From Malacoraja senta (lineage: Eukaryota): a stretch of DNA of 64,000 nt. Below, in pieces: positions 49,314 to 61,636 of the stretch. How positions within the stretch are numbered: position 1 is the first letter of the stretch; each line of letters opens with the position of its first letter. The DNA is taken from positions 870,001 to 934,000 of the forward strand of contig CM075995.1 of NCBI GenBank assembly GCA_038087875.1. Direction: 5' to 3'. A model generated the notes under the pieces. The model ran no database searches, was not told the DNA's origin, and was given only the letters and a program-made list of their open reading frames with translations. The translations under genes and the position numbers were made by a program.

Positions 49314-49842
49314 CTGTAAGGACATAATATGTTACATCTTGGAAGTAACTGGTACCATCATCCCTAATGGGTCTTCAGAGTAAAAGGACGTTCCTTTAGG
49401 AAGGAGATGAGGGGGAATTTCTTTAGTGAATCTGTGGAATTCATTGCAACAGAAGGCTGTGGAGGCCTAGTCAATGGATATTTTTAAGGCAGAGATAGAT
49501 AGATTCTTGATTAGTATATGGAGTCAGGGGTTATGGGGAGAAGGCAGGAGAATGCAGGAGAATGGGGTTGATGGGGAGAGATAGATCAGCCGTGATTGAA
49601 TGGCGGAGCAGACTTGATGGGCTGGATGGCCTAATTCTGCTCATATGAACTTATGAACTTCAGGACTGAGGAATTGGTAACTAAATAATTTCTATGGTCT
49701 AGCTAGTTCAATTTATGTAATCTGGGCCTGCTGCATAATACAGTGAAAAACATGCCAAGTCCCGCTGTGTCATACCTTTGGTCTCAATCACATTGCACTC
49801 TCTGCAGAAACAAAGAACTGATGATGCTGTTTTATACCAAAG

Positions 49843-50002
49843 ATAGACACAAAGTGCTGGAGTAACTCAGCAGGACACTAAATGCTGGAGTAACTCAGCG
49901 GGACACTAAATGTTTGAGTAACTCTGCAGGAAACTAAATGCTGGAGCAACTCAGTGGGACACTAAATGCTGGAGTAATTAAGTGGAACATAAAGTGCTGG
50001 AG
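49843..50002. repeat. Tandem array of about 6 x 28-nt units ggacactaaatgctggagtaactcagcr
   Basis: Head-to-tail units derived from the PLE terminal unit, without spacers. Confidence 0.85.
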
Positions 50003-50438
50003 AAAGTCTGAAGAAAGATCCCGATCCAAAACGTCACCCATCCTTTTTCTCTAAAGATGCTGCCAAAGTTACTCCAGCACTTTGTGCCCATCTGCACTTT
50101 CTGTAGTTTATTGATATACTTGACAAAGATGTAGACAACATAATTGAACTAGTGACTGATAAATATAAACAACATTGTATTGGACTATTGAACAGACAAT
50201 GATAAGTTGGCAGTACGGCTACGAACTATAGATTTAGAAGCTCTAGTGGACCTGGAGAAACTTTCCTGCAGTTTGGAAATCATTTGAAAATTCATAAACT
50301 TTATAAAAATTAATGCACAATCAATGTCACATTAATAAAACATTAAACATGGATGCATTTCATCCATTCCTTAAAATAAATCAGTTTCATGAATAAATTA
50401 AAGATCACACACAAGGACAATTAAAGTTAAGTTATTAC

Positions 50439-50555
50439 CATTGCAATTGTTGCCATGCAGAGCAAATCCTTCCAAACACTGGCACTTAGCAATTCCTTCT
50501 GTGACAATACATCGAGCATTGAGATCACATTCCAAGACACCACAGTCATCTTGAT
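50439..50555 (-). CDS. EGF: Pro-EGF exon: EGF-like module
   Basis: ttctcaag|...G|gtaata; 117 nt; DQDDCGVLECDLNARCIVTEGIAKCQCLEGFALHGNNCN. Confidence 0.93.
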
Positions 50556-53396
50556 CTTGAGAAAAAGGAAAACAAACCAACTTAATAATGCCAATACATA
50601 ATAAACCAGCTTTAAAATGTCTGCATTTTCTTTATTCTAAGGGATGTATTATAGAAAAAACACAAATCAGCCTCAAAAAGACACAAGTAAAGAGGTGAGG
50701 GTGGGATGTTTCTATTGGTATAGTCAATAACAAACGGGATAGCAAAGATAGCCCAGTATCCCCATTTCAAGCTACCACATGCTACATAGTAGATTTGTTT
50801 CAGGTACAAGGAGAAACGTTTGAATGCCTGGAACAATGTTGAGCAAGAGCTGATGAGTGTACCCAAAATAATTGTGAAAATAAAAGTATTTTGTATTAAT
50901 TTCTAATGTCCACTTGTAAATGCAATCAGTAAATAGTGATAATGTGTTTTATTGATTGAAAGATGCAGCATTGGAACATGCACTTTGGCCCACTGAGTCC
51001 ATGCTAACAATTCGTAATTTGATCACACCAGTTCAATATTATCCGACTTTCACTTCCACTTCGTACACACGAGGGGCAATTTACAGAGGCCAAACCGGAG
51101 TATCCGAAAGAAGCCCATGCAGCCGAAGGAAGCACAGACAACATCCGAGGTCAGGATTGAACCCAGGTCCCTGGTGCTGTGAGGCAGCAGCTCCACCAGC
51201 TGCTATGCTGTGTTTATATGTAGCTTTATATGCTATACATCGGACACAAAGGTAATTTGTTAAGTGCCACAAGCCACACATTTCTTTTCAATTAACATGA
51301 TCAAAGGACAAGAGTTCTGTGAATAATTCCAATAGAACTTTAATGTCTACCTGACTGGAGGCAGCCTTTATTTCACGCTTCAGTAGAAAAATGTTATTTA
51401 TGATAGTAAGCATTTTGTTCAGAACTGGTGGCATTGTATTTAAGAGCCTGGCTCACCAAGGCACTGAAGGCATGATCTCTGGACTAAGACATAGAACGTC
51501 ACCAAAAAAACAGAAATCCAGAAATTCAGAGTAGTGCTAGTGATGTGGAGGTCGATAAGATGAAAGCTGGACCCTGACTAAACTTCTTTGGGGGACAGAG
51601 AGATCTGAGGATGTAAATAAATCTTTGAACACAGAACATGAAAAAATATGGCAGAGGGAGGAGGCCCTTCAGCCCACAATGTCTAGGCTGAACATCATGC
51701 CAAAATAAACTAATCTCATTTGCCTCGGAAGTGACATCATGCTGAGAAAGTAAGTTAAAAAAAAATCCATTGTGAAGCTAGAATGTGGACTAAATGGATA
51801 GAGTCTATATCGGGGGTTGGCAACCTTATAATCCCCATAATCTTCCGGCCCGCCGAGCGGCGAGCACGGCCGAGAGCTGAGCATGGGTGATTGCATTGGT
51901 GAGCTAGAATATAGAACATAGGCCAGTACCACACAGGAACTAGTCCTTTGGCTCACGATGTCTGTGTCGAACATGAAGCCAAGATAAATGAATCTTGTCT
52001 GTTTCCATTCCCTGCATATCCACATGCCCATCCAAAACGTTACTATTCCATCTGCCTCCACTGCCACACCAGGCAGCCTGTTCCAGGCACCCAGAACCCT
52101 CTGTGTAAAAAATGTCCTGCACATCTCCATTAAACTTTGGCCCTATCACATTAAAGCAATTTCCTTTGTATATACTGAAGAAACTGGATTTATTTTCTCC
52201 TTGGAGCAGAGGAGGATGTGAGGGAGTGTGATGGAAGTTTGATTCTATGATGCTATGACTCCATTGAAACTCACAAAGTTACTAGACAGTGTAAGTAGAG
52301 GCACCTCTGTCTTCTGGCAGAAGAATGAAGAACTCAAGGATATTGAATTGAGATAATTGACAAAAAAAATAAAAGCGACATGATGAACATATTTTAACAG
52401 AGCGGGTGGCTATGTTGAAAAAAGGAAAGCCGCAAAAAATAATGGAGATAGATTCTATCAGTGTTGGATACATAATTTAAACAAAAGGAAAATGCATTGC
52501 TATGGGGAGACTGTAGGGGAGGGTCTATATGGATTGATTTTGCAAAGACCAAATTGGCCAAATGGCTTCTCTCTGTACTATAACATTTGTGATTCTTTGC
52601 ATGAATTAAATGTCCAGAATGTCCTCCCTCATCTGCTTTTCTGTGCAGCGTTTATTGTTCAATAATTTGGACATTTCAGTGGGAGAATTTAACTGTATGT
52701 TTTTTGATAATGCATGGTTAATATTAAATTTTCTTTGTGGAATTAAGCCCATTTTGCAGATAAATTGTGTCAAATGTTCACGTGACTAAGAAAGCAATGG
52801 CTAATAGAATAGTTTATCAGCCACAATCCTATCAAGTAAAATGCAATTAGAGATAAGAAAACTAGTATGTATTAAACTAGTCAAAGCTATTAGCATTAAA
52901 TGTGAACAATTAAATTATTGCTTTCTGACCAGCACCAGTCTCAAAGCCCTCCAAATAGGTGTGATCAAGTTTATATTGTTAATAGGCCAATCCTAAATGT
53001 CTTGTAGCATGGTGGCTCAGTTGGCAGTGCTGCAGTCTAACAACCCAAAGGAGCGAGGTTCAATCCTGACCTTGGGTACTGTGGAGATTGCACAATGTCT
53101 CTGTGATTATGTAGTTTTTTGTGGGGTGTTTCAGTTTTTCTCACACGTTACAGATGATATGTTAATAGCTTAATTAGTTACTGCCAGTTACTCTTCAGTG
53201 TAGTGAAGTGGCAGAATAATTAAAGGCGAGCTATTGGGAATGTGAGATAGAATAAATTGCAGAGCTAAAACAAACAAGGGGAAAGGTAATGGGACTAATA
53301 GAATTGCTCTGCTCAGAGCCAATATGGACCAAGTTGATCAAATAGCCTCTTTATGTGTTGTAATAATTATGGGTTTTTTTTACCAGTAGCAATTAC

Positions 53397-53540
53397 CTGA
53401 TACCATAATCTCTGCCACAAGTGTGGATTTTGGCTGGAGTTCAGGAGTAATCCTATCTTCAATGTTACTGGTAATGGAGGAGCTGCCTACGAACTTGGAA
53501 AGATTCTCATCTTGTAACCCGGCGTTGATAACAAATTCAC
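53397..53540 (-). CDS. EGF: Pro-EGF linker exon
   Basis: Read by hand. ttttccgccaag|...G|gtaatt; 144 nt, phase 1-1; ends ...KSTLVAEIMVS, the conserved LVAEIMVS motif of pro-EGF. Confidence 0.9.
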
Positions 53541-53964
53541 CTTGGCGGAAAAGGTAATCCTGGGATCTGTTGGCAAGAGTCCAAATGTTGCTTTCTGTTG
53601 CTCAATATGCAAGCACAGTCCCAAATTGTCCATTATCTGTCACTTCAAATACCCTTCCCATTTCAAAGTAAACTTTAGATTCCTCGAGTATTCAGACCAG
53701 CGACCTTTGTTTTTATTTTTATAAAACCTCTAATGGAGTGAAACATCACAAGGCACTTCACAAGATTAACCTTAGGCAAAATATCATAACAAATCACAGC
53801 TTGGTCAAAGAAATAAGGACTTCAAAGGAACTTAAAGAAAGAATAGCCAAGAGGCTTGTTGAGACCATTCTAGAGCATGGACCTAGATAATTGAAACCGT
53901 AAAAGATAACGGGAAATTAAACAAGAGGGTAATAGATCCGGTGAGTGCTCTAGATATACTCTTT

Positions 53965-54252
53965 AAAGATAGAGCATGGAAACAGGCCCTTCGGCCAACC
54001 AAGTCTATGCTGACCAACGATCACACATACATTAGTTCTATCCTACACACCAGGGACAATTTACAGAAGCCAATTAACCTACAAACCTGCACGTCTTTCG
54101 AATGTGGGAGGAGACCAGAGCACCCAGAGAAAACCCACACGATCATAGGGAGAACGTACAGACTCCGTACAGACAGCACCTGCAGACAGGATTGAACCCG
54201 CTTCTCTGGCACCGTAAAGCAGCAACTCTACCGTTGCATGACCGTGCCGCCC
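53965..54252 (-). mobile_element. HE1-type SINE
   Basis: Reverse complement of the same SINE consensus. Confidence 0.8.
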
Positions 54253-54856
54253 TGACTCATACATTTTTTATAAGAGTACAAGGAATACTCTTATTCCTAC
54301 TGTGCACCTTAAACCTCTTGGTATCATCTTCAGACACTAGTTGTGTTTCAAATTTTCTCTTTGGACTTTTCACTCGTTTTCCAATATTTTATTCCCATTT
54401 TTTAGCAATGTTTAATTTATCCTTTGATTTCCCCCTGTCAGATTAAGGTGCAATGTACAGCACGTCAGTACATATTTAAAAACGCTGGTAACTTCATGAC
54501 TCACCTCTTAACCAGATGTTTAGATCTACATTATATCTCTTCTCTTTTCGTTGGATGGGGGAAGACTGATGTATTGCTAGCTTAATGCAAATCTGTATTT
54601 GAAATTCTTTTCACTGACATAAATGGCAGCTGGTGCCATTTATAGAATCTTTTAATAAAGATTGTCAAATTAATTTGAGTTCTCAAAGATTTAAAATGTC
54701 AAAGGTCCCATTCACGCACCCAGGGAAGTTTTATATTTTTCTTTTTTTTTTTAAATAGATGCACATGTCTAATGATATACTTTATTAAAAACACAAAAAT
54801 GCTGGAACCAATTCAGGTTAGTCAGCAACTGTAGAAGATGGGTTTGAACCAGCCAC

Positions 54857-55676
54857 TAGGGGGCGTCGCATTGAAGGCAGCCTCTGTCTACAGTCTGTTC
54901 GTTTTTTCATATATTTTTTTATTTTAGTTTGTCTAACCAGTATGTTTTGGGGATTCTTTAGTTTTTCTATGTGGAGGAGGGGGGTGGGGTAAGGGGGAAA
55001 CCGCTTCCAGTCGCATCCTGGTGAGGATGCGACTATTTCTCCGAGTCGCGTCCTCGCCCCCCTCCTCGCGGACTACCAGCTGGATCGGAGCGGCCTTTCC
55101 TACCGGAGACCAGAGCTTCGGCAGCGGCGCTGGATTCACCGCGGAGCGGGCGATGCCTACCTGGATCGCCGTTTGAAGCTCCGGAGCGTCGACATCGCGG
55201 AGCTGTGGTTCGCGGAGCTCCCAGCGCGGGCGGCGCTGACCAACATCACGGAGTCCTGGGGCCCTTTGCCGAGGGCCGCCAGTGTGAATCTGCGCCCGGC
55301 GCGGCCTGGGGACTTCGGGAGCCGCGGACTCCGGTGGGTAGCGGCCGATTCAGAGGTCCATGCTGCTGGGGTTGGCCTCCGGTTCCAACGTCGGAGTTCC
55401 AGCATCCCGGCGAGCGGGTCTGAGCGGCGGGCCGCCCGTGGCGGTGACTGCGGAGGGCTCCGGAGGCCCTGACCATGGAGGAACATCAGAGGAAGATGAC
55501 TGACTTTGGTGCCTTCCCTCACAGTGGGAAACTTTTGATTCTGCTGTGTGGGGATGTTTTTATGTTGGACTCTATCGTGTGTTGTGTTCTTTATTTTATT
55601 GTATGGCTGTATGGTGACCACACATTTCACTGTGCCAACTGGTACATGTGACAAATAAATGTATCTTGTATCTTGA
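54857..55676 (+). mobile_element. CpG-rich non-coding retro-element with Rex1/Babar-like 3' tail
   Basis: GC head, T-rich tract, G tract, CpG-rich body, aataaa plus (tgtatct)n tail; no recognisable protein. Confidence 0.6.
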
Positions 55677-55831
55677 ATCATTGACTGTTCCACAGATGCT
55701 GCCTGACCTGTAGTTTTTCCAGCACTTTTGTTTGTTTCAGATTTCCAGCATTTTCAGGTGATATTGTACCACTTGCTTCCAAGTGAGAAATTATTAGCAA
55801 GTGGTAGGACTATGAGGGAAATATTTCTTAC

Positions 55832-55978
55832 CTACGGTGGTTGAAACATTTGCAAGTTGACATGATCTTCCATTTGCTTTCTTCTGGAATCTGTTGCGGC
55901 ATAGGCAGTGAGCAGCTCCATACCTATTCTCACAGACTTGCTCACATCCACCGTTCTTATACAGGCAAGGATCAGCAC
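55832..55978 (-). CDS. EGF: Pro-EGF exon: EGF-like module
   Basis: cactag|...G|gtaaga; 147 nt; ADPCLYKNGGCEQVCENRYGAAHCLCRNRFQKKANGRSCQLANVSTTV, 6-Cys pattern. Confidence 0.93.
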   Translation of the reverse strand: MLILACIRTVDVSKSVRIGMELLTAYAATDSRRKQMEDHVNLQMFQPP

Positions 55979-56724
55979 CTAGTGTATTATCGCAAGAAAT
56001 CTGAATATAGTTCATAACTATGACGTTGCTGAGAAACTCAATTTATCGTAAAAAACTTTGGAGACATCAGTTAACCAGGCATTGCGGTGATATAACAGAT
56101 GACCATTAATCGATTCAAAGTCATTGGAAAGAAAAAAACACTGCGTTTCAAAGTATTTGTGTACAAATCAATCGGTAACTCGTGAGCAGAGATAAATTGC
56201 TAAATATGAAAACCTACACAAGTTACACCACACCTCCATAAGCTGCATGAAAATAATAAGTGGTGCCCAGTATATTAAATAGTATGAATTTCCTGCACTA
56301 ACATAGTAAATATGGATGGAAAGTGGACATTGAACAGATTAAACAGAACCTCACTTTTCCATTTGATGGTGTGGCAAGTTTTAATTATTCCCAAATATCT
56401 GTTTTGGCCACTGTTACAACTGTGGAATCTCACATTTCAGATTATTCTTAGAGAATTAAAAGGAAAAAAATAGTTTTACATGTCCATACTTAAAAAAAAA
56501 AAATGGAATCCTGTATGCATTTCATTTTTGATTTGATTTTCTCAGCCTGATTTCACATTGAGTTTGAGGTAACAATTACTGTTTCGGACATGAACTATTA
56601 CTGAATCTCTGATTTGAAAAAGAGATGTACAATTGCGAGCCTTGTTTACACTGGCAGTGGTCTACAAAGGACATTATGGCCTGAAAGGTGAATTGGATAA
56701 TACCTCTTTCTTGGGTGCAGGTAA

Positions 56725-57034
56725 AGTTTAGTTTAGTTTAGAGATACAGCATGGAAACAGGCCCATCGGCCCATCAAGTCTGCCAGACCAACGATCCCCG
56801 CACATTAACAGAAGCCTATACACACCAGGGACCATTTACACTTATACCAAGTCAATTAACCTGCAAACCTATACGTCTTTGGAGTGTGGGAGGAAACTGA
56901 AGATATCGCAGAAAACCCATGCGGTAACGGTGAGAATGTAAAACTCCATTCAGCGTAGTTGGGATCGAACCCGGGTCTCTGGCGCTGCAAGTGCTGTAAG
57001 GCAGCAACTCTACCGCTGCGCCACTGTGCTGCCC
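56725..57034 (-). mobile_element. HE1-type SINE
   Basis: Reverse complement with A and B boxes and (agttt)n tail. Confidence 0.85.
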
Positions 57035-57278
57035 TAAAGTTCATTTTCAACTTTACCTACAGAAGATCATGCCTGGAGTTCACCTGGGTGAAATTGCATC
57101 AGCTGCAAAACCGAACGAGGCTCCTGTGTATACTATTTAAGTTAGCACACCGGACTTTTTTCTGAAGCTCACCAAATTATGTTACTATCTTTGTAATCAC
57201 CATTTTGACCTTGTCGACATTAATTGGAACAGAAAGCTGCAACCTATGATTGTAACTAAACAATCTCAACAGAACTAA

Positions 57279-57511
57279 GTGTAGGAAGGAACTGCAGATG
57301 CCGGTTTACATCGAAGATAGACACGTAAAGCTGGAGTAACTCAGCGGGACAGGCAGCATCTCTGGAGAGAGAAGGAATGGGTGGCGTTTCAGGTCAAGTC
57401 CCTTCTTCAGCAGTCTGATGAAAGGTTTTGGCCCGAAACGTCACCCATTCTTTCTCTCCAGGGATGCTGCCTGTCCCGTTGAGTTACTCCTGCATTTTGT
57501 GTCTATCTTCA
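57279..57511. repeat. Palindromic pair of hammerhead-bearing units
   Basis: Minus unit 57279-57410 abuts plus unit from 57412 (CTGATGA..GAAACGTC); agaacta on both flanks. Confidence 0.8.
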
Positions 57512-58087
57512 GTAGAACTACAAGCAGTTTGTGCTAGTTTTTTTTATAAACTATTTAAAGGGATGCTCTATTGATATCAGGAGACTGATTAGGGACTTCA
57601 GAACAGTCTGCTCAAACATTCTCCTCATCCGTAGAGTTTGTTTAAACTGATGGAGAGATTCCTCTAGCATATAATTGTAGGAACACAAAATATGGAGAGA
57701 TTAATATTTCAAGCCAATGAAGCCCATGATCGTTTTTCAATGAGGAATCTTCCATCAGACTCCTGTTGAGGTTCATTTGAAGTCATTGCAACAATTTGGC
57801 CATTTCACTGGAAGTATTATTGGAAGAGGAACACATTTCACTCAACCAGCAACTAATCAAATTCTCAGTCCGTCATCATTTCTCACTAATGTTCCCACAC
57901 CAAATCCCCTTGTCTTCTTCACTTGACATTAAGTGGCCTCTAAAAGTTGGGACAGTGGAGTAGAAATGTCATCTCCGCATGCAGCTTCCGTTATGTTTCT
58001 CTGTCTCTCGTGGCAACCCCTCTCTGAGAGATGACTGATACCTATTCTGTGAACAGGACAAACAGGGTTTGGGAATTGTAACCAAGT

Positions 58088-58897
58088 GGGCGGCGCGACT
58101 CATGTCGCAGCGGCCTCTGCAGTCCGTCTGCCTTTTTTTTTGTTGTTGTCTCGTTTGAGTGCAGTTTATAGTGTTTTTTTTAAACTGGGTATGTGCGGGG
58201 GGTGGGGGAAACTTTTAAAATCTTTTCCCTGACGGAGGACCCGACCTTTTCCCTGTTGGATCTCCGTTGTCGTTGGGGCCTAGCACCGTGGAGCGGCCTC
58301 CAACTGGAACGACCTGGGGCTCCAGTCGCGGAGCCTGCGGACTACTCACCATCGTGGAGCTAGCTGAGTTCGGAACGGGAGGAGCTGTGGTGGCGCGCTG
58401 CTGCGGCCCGACCCCAGAGATTCGGAAGTTCCAGCCGCAGGTCTGGTGGACGGTAACATCGGGAGCGCGCGGGTCCCTGGTGGGAGACCGCTTTTCGGAG
58501 CTCCCGCAACGGCAACTTCTCCCGCCCGAGTTGCGGGGTTGAAAATGACCTGGAGCGGGGCCTAACATCGCCCGGCGCGGATTTAAATGTCTTGTCATCG
58601 CCCGCCGGGGGCTCCAACATCAAGACCCGGAGCGTGGTCTTGCATCGCCCGGCGCGGCTTTAATGGCCACGGGACTTATTTACCATCGCCCGCCGGGGGC
58701 TTTGACTTTGACATCGGGAGGAGAATGGAGAGTGCAGGGGAGAGATAAGACTTTGCCTTCCATCACAGTGAGGAGGAGATTCGCTGTGATGGATGTTTGT
58801 GCAAATTGTGTTGTGTCTTGGTTCTTTTTTCTTGTGTGTATGACTGCAGAAACCAATGAGGTTCCAATGACAACAAATAAATTGTATCATTGTATCA
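58088..58897 (+). mobile_element. CpG-rich non-coding retro-element related to 54857-55676
   Basis: Same architecture; shared block tgccttcc-tcacagtg; aataaa plus (ttgtatca)n tail; internal duplicated catcgcccggcgcgg. Confidence 0.6.
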
Positions 58898-59021
58898 GCT
58901 TCCCACTGGGTGTGTACATTCATTGGCACAACAGCATAGCGTACCTAAATATTTGAAAATATGTGTTCTCCTTTATAATTTTTAAGTAGAAAGGGACATG
59001 CAATGCCCATCCTCAATCAAC

Positions 59022-59452
59022 GTTTAGTTTAGTTTGATTTGATTTGGAGATACATGATGGAAACAGTCCCTTTGACCCACCGAGTCCACGCCGACCAACG
59101 ATCACCCCGTACATTAGCACTATCCTACACACTAGGGACAATTTACAATTTTACCAAAGCCAATTAACCTACAAACCTGTACTAAAGAGATGCTGCCTGT
59201 CCCGCTGAGTTACTTCAGCATTTTGTGTCTATCTTCGATTTTAACCAGCATCTGTAGCTCTTTCCTACACATTTAATCTACAAACATGTGCGTCTTTGGA
59301 GTGTGGGAGAAAACTGGAGCACCCATAGAAAACCCAAGCGGTCACGGGGAGAATGTACAAACTCTGTACATTCAGCGACTAGAGTCAGGATCGAACCCGA
59401 GTCTCTGGTGTTGTAAGGCAGCAACTCTGCTGCTGCGCCATCATGCCACCCC
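59022..59452 (-). mobile_element. HE1-type SINE interrupted by a PLE terminal-unit fragment (about 59186-59272)
   Basis: SINE consensus on both sides; ctacaaac repeated around the insert. Confidence 0.75.
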
Positions 59453-60174
59453 TAACTCGAACAAGTTCAATAACATGAATGACATTAACAACCTTTCGAG
59501 GTGATGTAATAGCCAAGTCCATAGCAGTGACAGCAGTTGTCTACAAGTGCAACTTATCTCTGCATAATTGCCTGTTATTAGCACTAAATGAAAATATATT
59601 GCAGTGATTATAGTGCCTTGCGGGAACAAACCAACAATGTCAAATTAAATGTTAAATTGATGGGTGATCATATTTTTTTATTGTAACCTTACTAACTCTA
59701 GCACCCTTTTTATTTCCCAACCTTTTATGTAGGTTTCAACAATTGTAGCTAAAAATGTTATACCACATGCAATGGCTCAGTTAAAAGATTCTTGTGAATA
59801 TAATTTTAATGGAGCCTTCCAATGCACCTTGTGTATAATTAAAGCAAATAAAAATTGCTTTATGTCTGTTCATTAGAACTATTATTTTGATTTATCAAAC
59901 AAAACAAAACTGACAAGTGAGGGGAAAAAACTGCAGGTGTTGGGAATTTGAGATAAAAACTGTAATGGCTGGAAGTAGTCAGCATTTTAAACAGCATCTG
60001 TGGAAAAAGAAACAAAGATAACTTTTCAGGTCTTTGAAGACTGAGAGAATAACAGTTTCTCTTTCCAGCATTTTTTGTTGTAAACTCGTTTTTGCCCACA
60101 ACACGGCACAAAATGAAGTTAGCAATTGTACAATGAGCCAACGACATAATCTCCCATTATCCAAAATATTCACG

Positions 60175-60392
60175 GATAAACACCAAATGCTGGAGTAACT
60201 CAGCGGGACAGGCAGCATCTCTGGAGAGAAGGAATGGGTGACGTTTCAGGTCAAGATCCTTCTTCATTTCCCTTCTTCTTCACCTGAAACATCACCCATT
60301 CCTTCTCTCCAGAGATGCTGCCTGTCCCGCTGGGTTACTCCAGCATTTTGTGTCTATCTTTGTTTTCAAACAGCATCCGCAGTTCCTCACAC
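60175..60392. repeat. Palindromic pair of hammerhead-bearing units (degenerate cores)
   Basis: aaatgctggagtaactcagcgggacaggcagcatctctggagagaaggaatgggtga and its reverse complement around a centre near 60270. Confidence 0.8.
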
Positions 60393-61102
60393 TTTTTTTC
60401 TCAGTTGTGTACCTGCACAAAATATTAATGGAGCTCTTTTTTCAGTGGATAAAGTGAGTCTGATATTCTATAGGCCCCATATCCCAAGATCGCAGTATCT
60501 GTATTTGCAGAAAAAGCTCGTAATGTTACGATCCTGTGGTCCCAATATTCTCGTCCTGGTTTCCCAGTCCATACTCCCTGTGGGCATAGCCACCTGTTGA
60601 GAGTGTGGCTTTAATTTACCTTATTCAAACAACACCCATTATGGTACATATTTGTATAACAATCTTAAGATATCCAAATACTTCGCAGCCAGTTACTTTT
60701 TAAATATGGCCACTGCTATTTAATAGTCAGTAACAGTCCACATCAGTTTAACAGATTAAAATTATGAAAGTAGTGGCTATTTCCCTTATCTCATCAGTTT
60801 GAGTATAATTTTGATTTAAGACTCCATTTAATATCATGTGAGGAAAATAAGGGAGAGTGTAAAATCAGACCTTGCACGTTTCACAATAGGCAGGTTACGT
60901 TACCTGGGAAGGCGAATAATTATAACATCAAAACTTCTTGTTAAAGGAACTGAGACAATTAACTGGGATTTTCTTTTAAACTACTTTTTACTTAGTTCAA
61001 CTGGCTTAATTAACTAGCCATCCATCAGAAGGGTCCCAAAACATCGCCTATTCATGTCCTCCAGAGATGCTGCCTGACCCGCTGAGTTACTCCAGCACTT
61101 TA

Positions 61103-61336
<234 letters not shown>

Positions 61337-61351
61337 TTAGAGGACTGTTCA

Positions 61352-61636
<285 letters not shown>

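Noticed and set aside
49843..50002. Regularly spaced 28-nt repeats resembling a CRISPR array
   Set aside because: Units are head-to-tail with no unique spacers, derive from the PLE terminal unit, and there are no cas genes; the DNA is vertebrate
55157..55693. 178-aa ORF and others in the GC-rich element
   Set aside because: Stop-poor because of GC content; no recognisable domain; lies in a tailed repeat
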